Assembly: GCA_964016885.1 (NCBI GenBank)
Contig: OZ024742.1
Span: 378,138,001-378,202,000 of the forward strand
Direction: 5' to 3'
Length of the DNA: 64,000 nt
From: Eledone cirrhosa
Lineage: Eukaryota
The notes beneath the pieces were generated by a model that searched no databases, was not told the DNA's origin, and was given only the letters and a program-made list of their open reading frames with translations. A program made the position numbers and the translations under genes. This document shows positions 1-11,118 of this stretch, piece by piece (within the stretch, counting starts at the first letter, position 1; each line of letters begins with the position of its first letter).

Positions 1-202
1 TCTACCTGTATCTCTCCCCTCTCCCCACCACCTATCTACGTGTATCTCTCCCCTCACCCCACCATCTATCTACCTGTTTCTCTCCCTCTCCCTACCATCT
101 ATCTACCTGTATCTCTCCCCTTTCCCCACTACCTATCTACCTGTATGTCTCCCCAGTCTCTTCTCCTCCCTCACCTCTACCTATCTACCTGTATTTACCT
201 GT
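1..202. repeat. 34-bp pyrimidine-rich minisatellite (TCTACCTGTATCTCTCCCCTCTCCCCACCACCTA), ~5 degenerating copies, truncated by window start
   Basis: TCTACCTGTA-like unit start recurs at about 1, 35, 69, 102 and 136, then decays to ~200. Confidence 0.85.
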
Positions 203-535
203 AATTTCCTACTTTAATATCTTAGCAAGTAGCCAATTATTTTCCACTTTTCTTCCCATTTGTGTTGGACTTTTCTTATCCCTTGTTATCTCTATATATT
301 TATTGTTCTCTTCGTCAGTCCTTTCTCTATTTCTATATTTCTGTCAATTTCCAAGCGAACATAATGACAAGTAGTTAGTTAATAGACCAGTATATTTCTA
401 ATAAATTATTAGTCGCTGGAAGTCGAAGTTAATTATTTTCTGTAGCCTGCATTTCAAATTATATTATTCTATTGACAAAATATTACAGACATCAAATTAT
501 AATGTAGTCACTAGTTACAATAGAAATGCTAATAA

Positions 536-1665
536 TCTCTATATATAAAACTGAGGTTGTCTGTCTGACTGTCTGTCTGCCTACTAAAACCGTCGGCACA
601 CATCTCCTCCTAAAACCGTACGTTCAAATTTCAGTGAAATTGCTACACTTATAGATCAAGGTCCGGCGAAGACATCGGTCAAAACATTTTTCAAATCGGC
701 CCTCACCAAGTGCAAACATCGAATTTGTAATGTATTGATTTTTCAGTTCAAATGTATAAATAGAGATGAGAGAGGAGTTATTTCCCTTTTATGGCGTCAT
801 TTGCTTATCTATTTATGTTACGTATAAACGACGCGATGGACCGAGAAGAACAATTTCATGCAAAGACAAGGCCAAGTTTATGGTGTAAATGGAGTCGTTA
901 GCCTAATATTCTATTTAAAATAACCGAATGATTTCCAGCCCCGGAGTTTAAGAATGATGTAAATAAAATTGTAAACGAAAATGACAGGTTATTAAAATAG
1001 TTGTTTCTACTTTTGGCACAAGGCCAGCAATTAATCAGTACATTACTGGTACTTTATTTTATCGACCCCGTAAGGATGAAAGGCAAAGTTAACCTCGACG
1101 GGATTTTAAATTTGCCTTAACATAGTAAAAGTAAATAGTGAAGATTTAGACCAGTACATACGTATGCTCCAATGAACATACACATACATATACATACCCA
1201 GACACAAATCCATACACACACGCGTGCGCGCGTGTGTGTGTAAACCTTATTCATTTCTACAGTATTTTCACCAAACTTAAGACATAGGTTCTTTATGTAC
1301 TCCGGATGGTCATGGGCACTTTCATTTTTCCAGATATTGATTATAGGGCCTCCCGGCAGATAACCCCCTTCAACCGCTTCCTTGGAGTCGACTGAAGCAC
1401 TGCAGTGCAATTCAACAAAACGTCATAACTTCTGGGGTTTGCAACCGATGTTCACAAAACTTGACACATGGGCTTCGTTTGTTCTACAGATGAATGTGAA
1501 CTCTCAGAATTGGCACATATTGGGTAGGGAACCCCTGGGGGCAGGAACCCCCTTTTGGAAAAAGCCGATGTAAAGTATAGTTTTCCAAGCAGCACTGAAG
1601 TATTGACATAAAAGGTATACATAACTGGTATTTAATACCCGAACAACGCCGGGTACCTCTGCTAG
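536..1665 (+). mobile_element. Non-autonomous Helitron-like element, copy 1
   Basis: 5' end A|TCTCTATATATAAAACTGAGG followed by a (CTGT)n tract. 3' end has hairpin TACCCG-aacaacgc-CGGGTA (1636-1655) then CTAG|T (1662-1665). The first ~300 bp are closely similar to 1669-1960. The two ends may not belong to one intact insertion, because a SINE fragment lies inside. Confidence 0.7.
998..1116 (-). mobile_element. SINE fragment, same family as 8698-8889 and 10231-10394
   Basis: TACTGGTACTTTATTTTATCGACCCCGTAAGGATGAAAGGCAAAGTTAACCTC is the reverse complement of the central part of the 8698-8889 copy. Confidence 0.8.
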
Positions 1666-1668
1666 TAA

Positions 1669-2593
1669 TCTATATATATAAAACTGAGGTTGTCTGTCTG
1701 TCTGTCTACTAAAACGGTCAACACACATCTCCTCCTAAACCGTACGTTCAAATTTCGGTAAAATTACTACACTTATAGATGAAGGTCCGGCGGAGATATC
1801 GGTCAAAAGAATTTTCAAATCGACCCACGCCAAGTGCAAATATTGAATTTTTAATGTATTGATTTTTCAGTTCAAATGTATAAATAGAGATGAGAGATGA
1901 GTTATTTCCCTTTTATGGCGTCATTCTCTCTATCTATTTACGTTACGAATATACGACGCGTGCAAAAGTACAAAATTACGCGAACAGTTTTCGGACTAGC
2001 AACATTTTAATCTGCAAAATTCATGAGTTCGCAGTTTCAACATTAATCTTCCATTTTGCTTCATTTCCATTAAAAAGTCTTTTAAAACAATATTTTTACT
2101 TGAAAACAAGCCTAATTGAATACACCGTAAAACAAGCAAATACTTTGTAAAAAAAGCATTGATCTATATATATAATCTCGAATAAAGCCTTATGAGATTT
2201 TCATTTAGAAGCAATGATTTTAAACGACAGACAGATAACGCATTTTTTGTTTGTTTTTCATGTCTATCCAATTTCTTTGTTTCAAAATAACTGATAGTTT
2301 GGTTACGCTGATGTTTTTCTCTGAGACAAGTGTTGCAGTGTTTACATTTTCGTTTTTGTTAATAGATTACCAGTGCAGTTTTTATCCCCAACATCCTCTT
2401 TTGTTTTAACATTCGGGTTATGGTTATATTTTCTTAACTTCATAAGGCATACTGTTGGTTGAGGGAATATTAATCAAAAGTACCACATGAAAGTCTGTAG
2501 ACGCTACAGTTTTTAAGCCAAGAAAGGAACTTAACATTGTAACTTTAACACAGCTACTGAGTAGCCCTGAGCAACGCCGGGCTTTACTGCTAG
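1669..2593 (+). mobile_element. Non-autonomous Helitron-like element, copy 2
   Basis: 5' A|TCTATATATATAAAACTGAGG plus (CTGT)n. 3' hairpin AGCCC-tgagcaacgcc-GGGCT (2563-2583) then CTAG|T (2590-2593). A-T target and no TSD seen. Confidence 0.8.
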
Positions 2594-2729
2594 TATTTAA
2601 TATTAGCACAGGAACATTATTTCTGAAGAAGGTGCAGTCATTATACCGTCTTGAATATTATCATTTACTGAGCAAAACACGTCAAAATTAATACATGCAT
2701 TATTTAAATTCAAACGTCCAAGCAGTTTA

Positions 2730-3134
2730 CTCAGAGAGTTCTCTGAATTTGGATGCAATAATATCTGCATACCTGGTCCTGTCTTCCTTATCCACCAATG
2801 CTTCCCACTTTATCCTGTAGGTCGCCCTAGATCTGCCAGTTTTGTGGGTTTCTTTGGTTTTAGGTAGTTTCAAGTTGCAGATAACTAGATGTTGATCAGT
2901 TGACAGCACAACCCTTCTCTTAACACGAACATCAAGCACTGAATCAAAGAAATCGGAGACAATAACAGAATCAATTATTGATCTCTGTTACTGATTCCCC
3001 TTATACCATGTATATTTATGTGTGTCTCTGTGATGGAAGAAGGTGATCATAATAGAGAGTCCATTGCTAGAACAGAAGTCTAGTAAGGCCTCTCCATTCC
3101 TTTTTAGATCGGGGTCGCCATTCCTTTCAATCAC
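2730..3134 (-). pseudogene. Fragment of RTE-clade (Expander/Rex3-like) LINE ORF, C-terminal half of the APE endonuclease
   Basis: Manual minus-strand translation: VIERNGDPDLKRNGEALLDFCSSNGLSIMITFFHHRDTHKYTWYKGNQ*QRSIIDSVIVSDFFDSVLDVRVKRRVVLSTDQHLVICNL. It contains the NG-xx-LLDFC, YTW, S-x-ID and S-T-D-(H)-H-LV motifs of APE domains, with one in-frame stop. Confidence 0.85.
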
Positions 3135-3234
3135 TCAAGCATGTAAATAAATGTTAGAACCGATGATATTATTCCACATATAAACCCCAAACCACATATG
3201 TCTTTATCACATCACCATCTCTTCCTAATGACAC

Positions 3235-3608
3235 TCATCTTCTGCGCAGATCAGTTTCTGCAAACTACGGGCCAAACAAATTAGCCGTGGACAGTTACTA
3301 ATGACCATAGTTTTGCACCTAGATAGTTCTCCTCTGAGGCACAAGTCTGGGCAAGGTTTGATTGTGGAAGACCAGCAGTCACCCATACATACCAGTCTCC
3401 CCTCTCCATGCCACAGATGTTGTTCAAGGGAAAGGCAATGGCCGATAAAGCTTGACAACAGTGATGTCACAACTCATTTCTACAGCTGAGTAAACTGGAG
3501 CAACGTGAAATAAGGTGTTTTGCTGAAGGACAAAATGCATCACCCTGTCTGAGAATCGAACTTACAACCTCTCAATTGCAAGCCTGATACTCTAACCATG
3601 CACCTTCA
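3235..3608 (-). mobile_element. tRNA-derived SINE with CORE-like central domain
   Basis: Minus strand shows A-box-like TGGTTAGAG, B-box GTTCGATTC, then GTCCTTCAGCAAAACACCTTATTTCACGTTGCTCCAGTTTACTCAGCTG, shared with the copy at 8129-8406. The 3' boundary is approximate. Confidence 0.7.
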
Positions 3609-4384
3609 CTATTACTATTACTGTATTTTTATTAGTACTATCTTATAAATATCAAACTAAACATGCTCCACAATGAATCTAGTAACTATGTTCTTGAGTA
3701 AACTGTAAATATCTTTAGGTTTTTATCCTGTAACATGTAGTGTTTGACCTTCTGTCAAAACTATCATTTACCATAGTTTAGCTATTTATTTAACAGAAGA
3801 CAAAATATCACAGTACTTTGATCGATTGGCAATATCTGGAAGAATTTCCAATAAATATTTCCAATGTTTAAATTTAAAAGTCTAAAAGATAAATATATGT
3901 ATATGTAAAATTATAATAATCAGTTTTAAAATAATTCTTGTTGGTTTTGTTGGTAACGGTGGTCTAGAGTTACGTTGAGAAGTAATGAGAATTGAGGTAT
4001 CTATGTGGGTGAACAACAAACATCACAGTTGTCGAAGCATTACGAATGGAATCAATGAAGAAATCAATAATTTTTTTTCCGTTTACCGATCCTGTGTGTC
4101 ATAAAATAAATTTTGTTTTATAATATATGAGATACAGTAAATAAAAATTTGAAAATACAGGAAACTGTTGAGCATATTTGAACACGTAGAATATGCCAGA
4201 ATTGAATATAAGCCTAAACAGAGGAAACAATGTGCAGGAAAAGCTTAGGGCAAGAAAGTTTTATTGCAATGTCTAAACTTTAAAACAAATTTGATATACC
4301 AGGTTGAGGAAAACTTCCTGGCCTTGAGGGTACCACGGAAGGGTACACACACATTTCTTCTTAGATTCGTACGGACGTATAATA

Positions 4385-4431
4385 ACACACACACACACGC
4401 ACAAACACACACACGCACACACACACACACA
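4385..4431. repeat. (CA)n microsatellite
   Basis: Direct inspection. Confidence 0.95.
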
Positions 4432-4785
4432 TGCATGCTTAAGCACGTGCACAAGTATAGCTCTTTTTACAAACGTTTTGTTTTTCATTTCAGGTAGACG
4501 CGCTCCATCATCCACTTTTCTAAAAAATAAATCATACACAAAATGCCAGCACCAACAGTTTTGCAAGAGATGTCAACATGAATGGACCCGTTATTTTTAT
4601 CTAAAAACATTTTTTCCAATTCCAACCCACCCGCCCCCTCAATCTATCTTATTTATCATTCTTTTTTCTGATGAAGGACTAGCGTCCGAAACATTAAGAC
4701 CCTCTTCCTGCTATATCAAGCGTTAACCTAATATATCCCTTCCATATACTGTACCGATTGGGTTGTTATTTCTGTTTACATTTTA
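4432..4785 (+). mobile_element. Probable Penelope-like pseudo-LTR / retrozyme-like fragment inserted in microsatellite
   Basis: Non-coding ~350 bp segment bounded by (CA)n and (TACA)n/(TA)n, containing a minimal hammerhead motif. Confidence 0.45.
4662..4699 (+). ncRNA. Minimal type I hammerhead ribozyme-like motif, possibly decayed
   Basis: CTGATGA (4668-4674), extra A, stem II GGAC-tagc-GTCC, GAAA (4688-4691), CATT, AAGA. Stem III is non-palindromic (ACAT, could be CpG-decayed ACGT) and stem I is weak. Confidence 0.55.
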
Positions 4786-5163
4786 CATACATACATATAT
4801 ATATATATATCAACTAGAAATAGAGTTCTAAACAGACGGGTTAAAGTTAACATGAGCTATTCATCAGTCAATAGGATCAACTAAAAAATCAATAAAATTA
4901 ACTGATCAATATCTAGAGTCTGGAGATAAATACAAATAAATTATCGAGAATCGGAACTTCGGCTCACGAAATAACGAAAAACAATCTTCGAAATGTGCGG
5001 CAAAGTGCTCAATGGTTCGGATGAACCAGAGCTATAATTAACGTTTAATACCAACACACTGAGACGATGCTTAAACAATCATTAGCACAGCCAAAAAATT
5101 CGATCAAGTAATTCGGGTCAAATAAATAAAAAAATAAATAAAAAAAAATATATGTATATATAT

Positions 5164-5498
5164 ATATAAGATCAAAAGATGGTTAAAAGAGTTCCAAGTA
5201 TTTTATCATGTACATTTCAAAAACAAATATCATCATGGGATGATATTTGCGTTCTCATCACATAAAATAGGGAAACATGATATGAAGCAAAAAACACTTG
5301 TGAGCAGTGAAGTTTTAAATCAACATATGAGAAATAAAGTAAGATGGATATATGAGATTGGGAAAAAAAGGAGGGGGGTAAGGAAGAGGAAGAAAGAAAA
5401 TGAAGGATGATGGGGGGGGGGGTATATGAAGGAAGGATGAGAGAGGAGGAGAAATGAGTGATAGAGAGAGAGAAATGGCCTTTACAACTGAGAAAACA
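5164..5498 (-). repeat. Inverted copy of the PLE pseudo-LTR (pairs with 7361-7680)
   Basis: ATATAAGATCAAAAGATGGTTAAAAGAGTTCCAAG...TTTACAACTGAGAAAACA is the reverse complement, with some substitutions and indels, of TGTTTTCTCAGTTGTAAA...AACTCTTTTAACCATTTTTTGATCTTATAT. Confidence 0.92.
5199..5269 (-). ncRNA. Hammerhead ribozyme copy in the inverted pLTR, with core mutated
   Basis: Minus strand: TATTTTAT-GTGATGA-[long stem II]-GAAA-TGTACA-TG-ATAAAATA. Stem I is 8 bp, but C3>G and a G at the cleavage site predict inactivity. Confidence 0.75.
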
Positions 5499-6593
5499 AA
5501 TGCTATAGTCAGTAATATTGAAAAAAGAATCTCAAATCTATCCTCTAATAAAGTTATCTTCGACGCTAATGCCAATTACTATAATAATGCGCTTTCCAAA
5601 GCCAGTTATCCTGATAAAATTAAATACAGTAAAGAAACCAATCATCGAAGGACTTATAGTAAAATAGTTAATTATGAACATTCCAATAATTTAAATAAAA
5701 GTCCTAGATACAAAAATATGATTTGGTATAATGCTCCTTTTTCTCTATCTATTACTAATAATATTCCTAAACTATTCTTTAGCGCCTTCGATAAATGCTT
5801 CCTCCCCTCGCATATCTATAGTAAAATATTTAATAAACATACAATCAAATTCTCTTATTCCACCACTTCCAACATCTCTAACATTATCTCTAAACGCAAC
5901 AATAAAATATTGAATAATAAATTACATCCATCCAACACTGAGCGTCATAATAATAGCAGTAGTATACCCGACGTCAATGTTAACTCTAGGCTAGATTCAG
6001 TAAATTTAAATACCACGTCAAACGCAACTTCGTTGAGTGTTTATAATACCAATCTAAATCAGGAAACTATAGTTCCTATCGTAAATAACTTCTCCAATCC
6101 AATTCCTTCTATAAATAATACTAGGTCACTTGTTAATAACTTTGTTGATTTCTCTAATCATAATTGTAATTGCCCTGTTAGAACTAAATGTCCTCTTAAT
6201 AACCAATGTCTTGATAAAAACTTAGTGTATGAATGTAAGGTTATAACTGGTACTAATTCTTTTACCTATTTCGGTTCCACTTCTACTTCCTTTAAAGCAA
6301 GATTTTATAATCACAAATCGTCTTTTAAATACCAACTTAAAAGAACTAACACGGCACTCTCGGAACTCATATGGTCCTTAAAAGACAAAAATATTAACTA
6401 CAACATCTCTTGGAGGAAGGTTTGCCAACCCTTTCCTTACCGAAATTCTTCCCTATCCAGAACATGTAATCTCTGCCTAGCCGAGAAATTTACCATTATA
6501 TCTAATTTTAATTCTATAATAAATAGACGTATGGATTTATTCTCGCTGTGCTTGCATAAATCCCGTAGAACTTTCCATAAAGTATACAGCTAA
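5499..6593 (+). CDS. Penelope-like element ORF, C-terminal part: end of RT/thumb, Cys linker and GIY-YIG endonuclease (5'-truncated, non-autonomous)
   Basis: Motifs in order: IEKRISNLSS, IWYNAPFS, KIFNKHTIKFSYS, CNC-x5-CPL-x3-C, LVYECKV, TYFGST, FKARFYNHK, TALSELIW, CNLCLAEK, INRR, CLH. The track's ATG at 5454 lies inside the inverted pLTR and is not the true start. Confidence 0.88.
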   Translation, partial: NAIVSNIEKRISNLSSNKVIFDANANYYNNALSKASYPDKIKYSKETNHRRTYSKIVNYEHSNNLNKSPRYKNMIWYNAPFSLSITNNIPKLFFSAFDKCFLPSHIYSKIFNKHTIKFSYSTTSNISNIISKRNNKILNNKLHPSNTERHNNSSSIPDVNVNSRLDSVNLNTTSNATSLSVYNTNLNQETIVPIVNNFSNPIPSINNTRSLVNNFVDFSNHNCNCPVRTKCPLNNQCLDKNLVYECKVITGTNSFTYFGSTSTSFKARFYNHKSSFKYQLKRTNTALSELIWSLKDKNINYNISWRKVCQPFPYRNSSLSRTCNLCLAEKFTIISNFNSIINRRMDLFSLCLHKSRRTFHKVYS

Positions 6594-7360
6594 TATCTCA
6601 ATACATAATTAGTTTAAAATCTTCTTTTTCTCAAAGGCTTTTATATCTATTACAAATATACCCATCTTTCTACCTTATTTCAGTATATTATATTATACAA
6701 CTTACTCATTCTATGTCGTTAGAGATCTCCTATCTTTCTGCTTTTATCCTTTTTCCTTTCTTCCCTTTTTTTTCTTTTTTAATTTCTAATCTTTAATCTG
6801 TAACTTTAACTTCCCAATTACTTCTCAATTCATATTATCACTCACTACAGCATTTTCCATTTTTCCCTTTTTCCTCATATTATTGGCCATAGAAACTATA
6901 TTTTTTAATATATAATAATATGACCATTTGAAAATTTTTGTAAACATATATACCTTTTGGCGTTAGATATTTTTTCTTCCTTAAATTCTCTGTTTTCCTC
7001 TCTCCTTCCGTGCTCGTTTTAAAACATATTATTTACTTTTACATATTACAATATATAAAAACAAACTTAAACCCTAACTAATTCCTCTAAGTTCATAATT
7101 CATTTATTCTTCTCCTTCTTTCCCATTATATCTTTAATATCATTAATATTTTTATTTTAATAATACATATTAATAAATTCTTTTTTTGCACATATTATTA
7201 AACCCTTCAATATATAAACCTTAAATTAATACTATTCTTAATTCCGTTTTGTTTAATCATAAACATCAACATCCATAAATCTCATTAACTTTTAATTTCA
7301 AAATCTTTTTAAATTATCTATTATCTTCCAACGGTTTTTTAATTTCTCTCCGTGAGACAA

Positions 7361-8080
<720 letters not shown>

Positions 8081-8128
<48 letters not shown>
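8081..8128. repeat. (TA)n microsatellite
   Basis: Direct inspection. Confidence 0.97.
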
Positions 8129-8130
<2 letters not shown>

Positions 8131-8406
8131 GCTCACAATCGTAAAGTCGTGAGTTTGATTTCCGGTGGCGTGTTGTGTCCTTGAGCAAGACACTTTATTT
8201 TACATTGCTCCAGTCCACTCAGCTAGCAAAAATGTTGTTACAAAAGCCTTGTTACATTCTGTGTCACACTGAATCTCCCTGAGAACTACGTTAAGAGTAC
8301 GCCTGTCTGTTGAATGCTCAGCCACTTGCACGTTAATTTCTCGGACAGGCTGTTCCGTTGATCGGATCAACTGGAACACTCGTCGTCGTAACCGGCGGAG
8401 TGCCAG
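8129..8406 (+). mobile_element. 5'-truncated tRNA-derived SINE with CORE-like domain
   Basis: Degenerate B-box GTTTGATTTCC, then GTGTCCTTGAGCAAGACACTTTATTTTACATTGCTCCAGTCCACTCAGCT. The core is shared with 3235-3608 but the 3' tail differs. Confidence 0.75.
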
Positions 8407-8538
8407 TATTAAGAGAAGCAGAGATAAGTTTCAATAACATTCGTCCATTGGTATTAACCAGTTGACTTTAAACTATAAACCTATATTACCTAAAATGGCG
8501 GTATTTCAGTAAGTTTACAGATAATCACAATTGGCAGA

Positions 8539-8546
8539 AACAGCAG

Positions 8547-8581
<35 letters not shown>

Positions 8582-8593
8582 GCAGCAACAACA
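8539..8593. repeat. (CAA/CAG)n microsatellite
   Basis: Direct inspection. Confidence 0.9.
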
Positions 8594-8697
8594 AACTATT
8601 ACGGAACAACAAACTATTATTGAAATGTAAGGTATTGTGTGTTTATGGCGTAGTATTGTAGTTTCTCGGTTGCCGTATTTACAGAAACTATTATTAC

Positions 8698-8889
8698 AGG
8701 GTGGTGGATTGGCAGTATCGGTAGTGGCTCGGACGCCATGCTTTCCAGCATAGCTACGTCCCTTTACGGTCTGAGTTCAAATCCCGCTGAGGTTGACTTT
8801 GCCTTTCATCCTTACGGAGTCGATAAAATAAAGTACCAGTAATGCACTGGGTAATTGCTGGTCTTGTGCCTAAAGTAGAAACAATTATT
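8698..8889 (+). mobile_element. Near full-length tRNA-derived SINE
   Basis: A-box-like TGGCAGTATCGG, B-box GAGTTCAAATCC, central GGTTGACTTTGCCTTTCATCCTTACGGAGTCGATAAAATAAAGTACCAG, and tail GTAGAAACAATTATT. Two more partial copies occur in the window. Confidence 0.8.
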
Positions 8890-8894
8890 GCTAG

Positions 8895-9593
<699 letters not shown>

Positions 9594-9803
9594 GCAAAGA
9601 TAATATCTAGAATAGATATAATATATATAATATATTTTTTATCTTGAAATTATTTTTCTGGGATTAATTTGTTACAATAATGCTTTAAGCAATTTTATTC
9701 TAAAAATACCAAAATATGGTGGAATGTAAAAGATTGAATTATCACGATTTAACTAATTAATGTCTTTATATTGGATTGTTTCTCTCTTTCCACTTCCTTT
9801 CAA

Positions 9804-10224
9804 TCTTCTTCTTCTTCTTCTTCTTCTTCTTCTTCTTCTTCTTCTTCTTCTTCTTCTTCTTCTTCTCCTTCTTCTTTTTCTTTTTCTTTTTCTTTTTCTT
9901 TTTCTTCTTCTTCTTCTTCTTCTTCTTCTTCTTCTTCTTCTTCTTCTTCTTCTTCTTCTTCTTCTTCTTCTTCTTCTTCTCCTCCTCCTCCTCCTCCTCC
10001 TTCTTCTTCTTCTTCTTCTTCTTTTTCTTCTCCTCTCCTCCTTCTGCTTCTTCTTCTTCTTCTTCTTCTTCTTCTTCTTCTTCTTCTTCTTCTTTTTTTT
10101 TTCTTCTTCTTCTTCTTCTTCTTCTTCTTCTTCTTCTTCTTCTTCTTCTTCTTCTTCTTCTTCTTCTTCTTCTTCATCCCCTCCCCATCCCCCCTCCTCC
10201 TGCTCCTCCTTCTCCTTTTTCTTC
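9804..10224. repeat. (CTT)n/(CCT)n polypyrimidine microsatellite, ~420 bp
   Basis: Direct inspection; it explains the poly-E/K/R/S/F/L ORFs in the track. Confidence 0.96.
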
Positions 10225-10230
10225 AACTAT

Positions 10231-10394
10231 TTAGGGGGAGGGGAAAATTGATTAAATCGACCCCAGTGCGTTACAGGTACTTTATTTTATTGACCCCGTA
10301 AGGATGAAAGGCAAAGACTCAAAAAGTAAAGGGCCTTAAATCTATGCCACGAAAGAAAGTTGTCCGACGCTCTACCGGTTTCTGCGACTCCACT
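10231..10394 (-). mobile_element. SINE copy with internal deletion, same family as 8698-8889
   Basis: GGTACTTTATTTTATTGACCCCGTAAGGATGAAAGGCAAAG matches 1027-1088 almost exactly. Confidence 0.75.
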
Positions 10395-10683
10395 GGTATA
10401 CTATAATAGAAATAATTTACAACGGTTTTGAAGGCTATAGTCGTTCAAAACACCTTAAAACCTCACAGGAAATACATTTGAATCTTGAGAACTCTAGCCA
10501 AACCTTTCATATTTTATTGTATGATTTCAGTTTGAAGTCAAACGTGGATCTGTGCATCTTGATTAATTGAAGAGATTTGGTTTGGTTTTCGATTCTCTAA
10601 TCTCTACGACGTAGAGTCTACGTAATATGTGTGCCCTGTATAGTAGTACTATGTTCTGTATATTGTGTATATTTGTAGTTATC

Positions 10684-11118
10684 TATTTAATTATTTATTT
10701 AATCAATTTAAACGTCTATATAGAGCTAGTAAGCCATGACAGACTAGGGAAAGTATCAAGTACTCCTTACAGATCGTAATTAAAAATCGGTAGTGGGACA
10801 AATAAAATAAAATAACATTTCAAATATGGAAGGAAGCTTATGTCATAAGAAAACAAAAAAGGAAAGGAAAACAGTAAACAAGGGAAGATGTAAAACAAGT
10901 TTCTGTTGAATCCTTTCCTAGCTTCCATGTACTCAAAGATTTTATTTATATTTGGTAGACATTTAGCCATATATTGAACTTCCAATATTGGTAGTTTTTA
11001 AATATTGGTTTCAATATGGCCTCTCTCTCAGACTGATAGTTTCTAGCAGTGGAACAAATAGTGCCAAAGAGTTTCTGCAGAGTCACCACATGAACATAGA
11101 GTGGAATCTATACAACTT
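10684..11118 (-). mobile_element. Degenerate 3' end of a LINE: ORF2 CCHC zinc knuckle, C-terminus, 3' UTR and A-rich tail (I-group/Nimb- or CR1-like, clade uncertain)
   Basis: Minus strand reads CIDSTLCSCGDSAETLWHYLFHC. After a 1-nt frameshift it continues RNYQSEREAILKPI, and in another frame NINKIFEYMEARKGF. A T-rich UTR follows, ending ...GACGTTTAAATTGATTAAATAAATAATTAAATA. Confidence 0.65.

Noticed and set aside
3530-3608. tRNA genes at SINE heads (also 8129-8170 and 8698-8790)
   Set aside because: Only degenerate A/B boxes are present, with no cloverleaf, and each is attached to a SINE body.
1117-4726. Short 60-97 aa ORFs as host exons
   Set aside because: They overlap Helitron, SINE or microsatellite sequence and show no recognisable domains, except the RTE fragment reported separately.
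4811-4880. Another hammerhead on the minus strand (CTGATGA at 4861-4867)
   Set aside because: No stem II followed by GAAA can be found downstream on that strand.
5454-5498. ATG at 5454 as the PLE ORF start
   Set aside because: It lies within the inverted pLTR arm and is a chance in-frame fusion to a 5'-truncated ORF.
5499-7360. Selenocysteine recoding / SECIS element, as reported for some Naiad PLEs
   Set aside because: There is no in-frame TGA in the retained ORF, the Cys motifs use normal codons, and no SECIS was recognised by eye.
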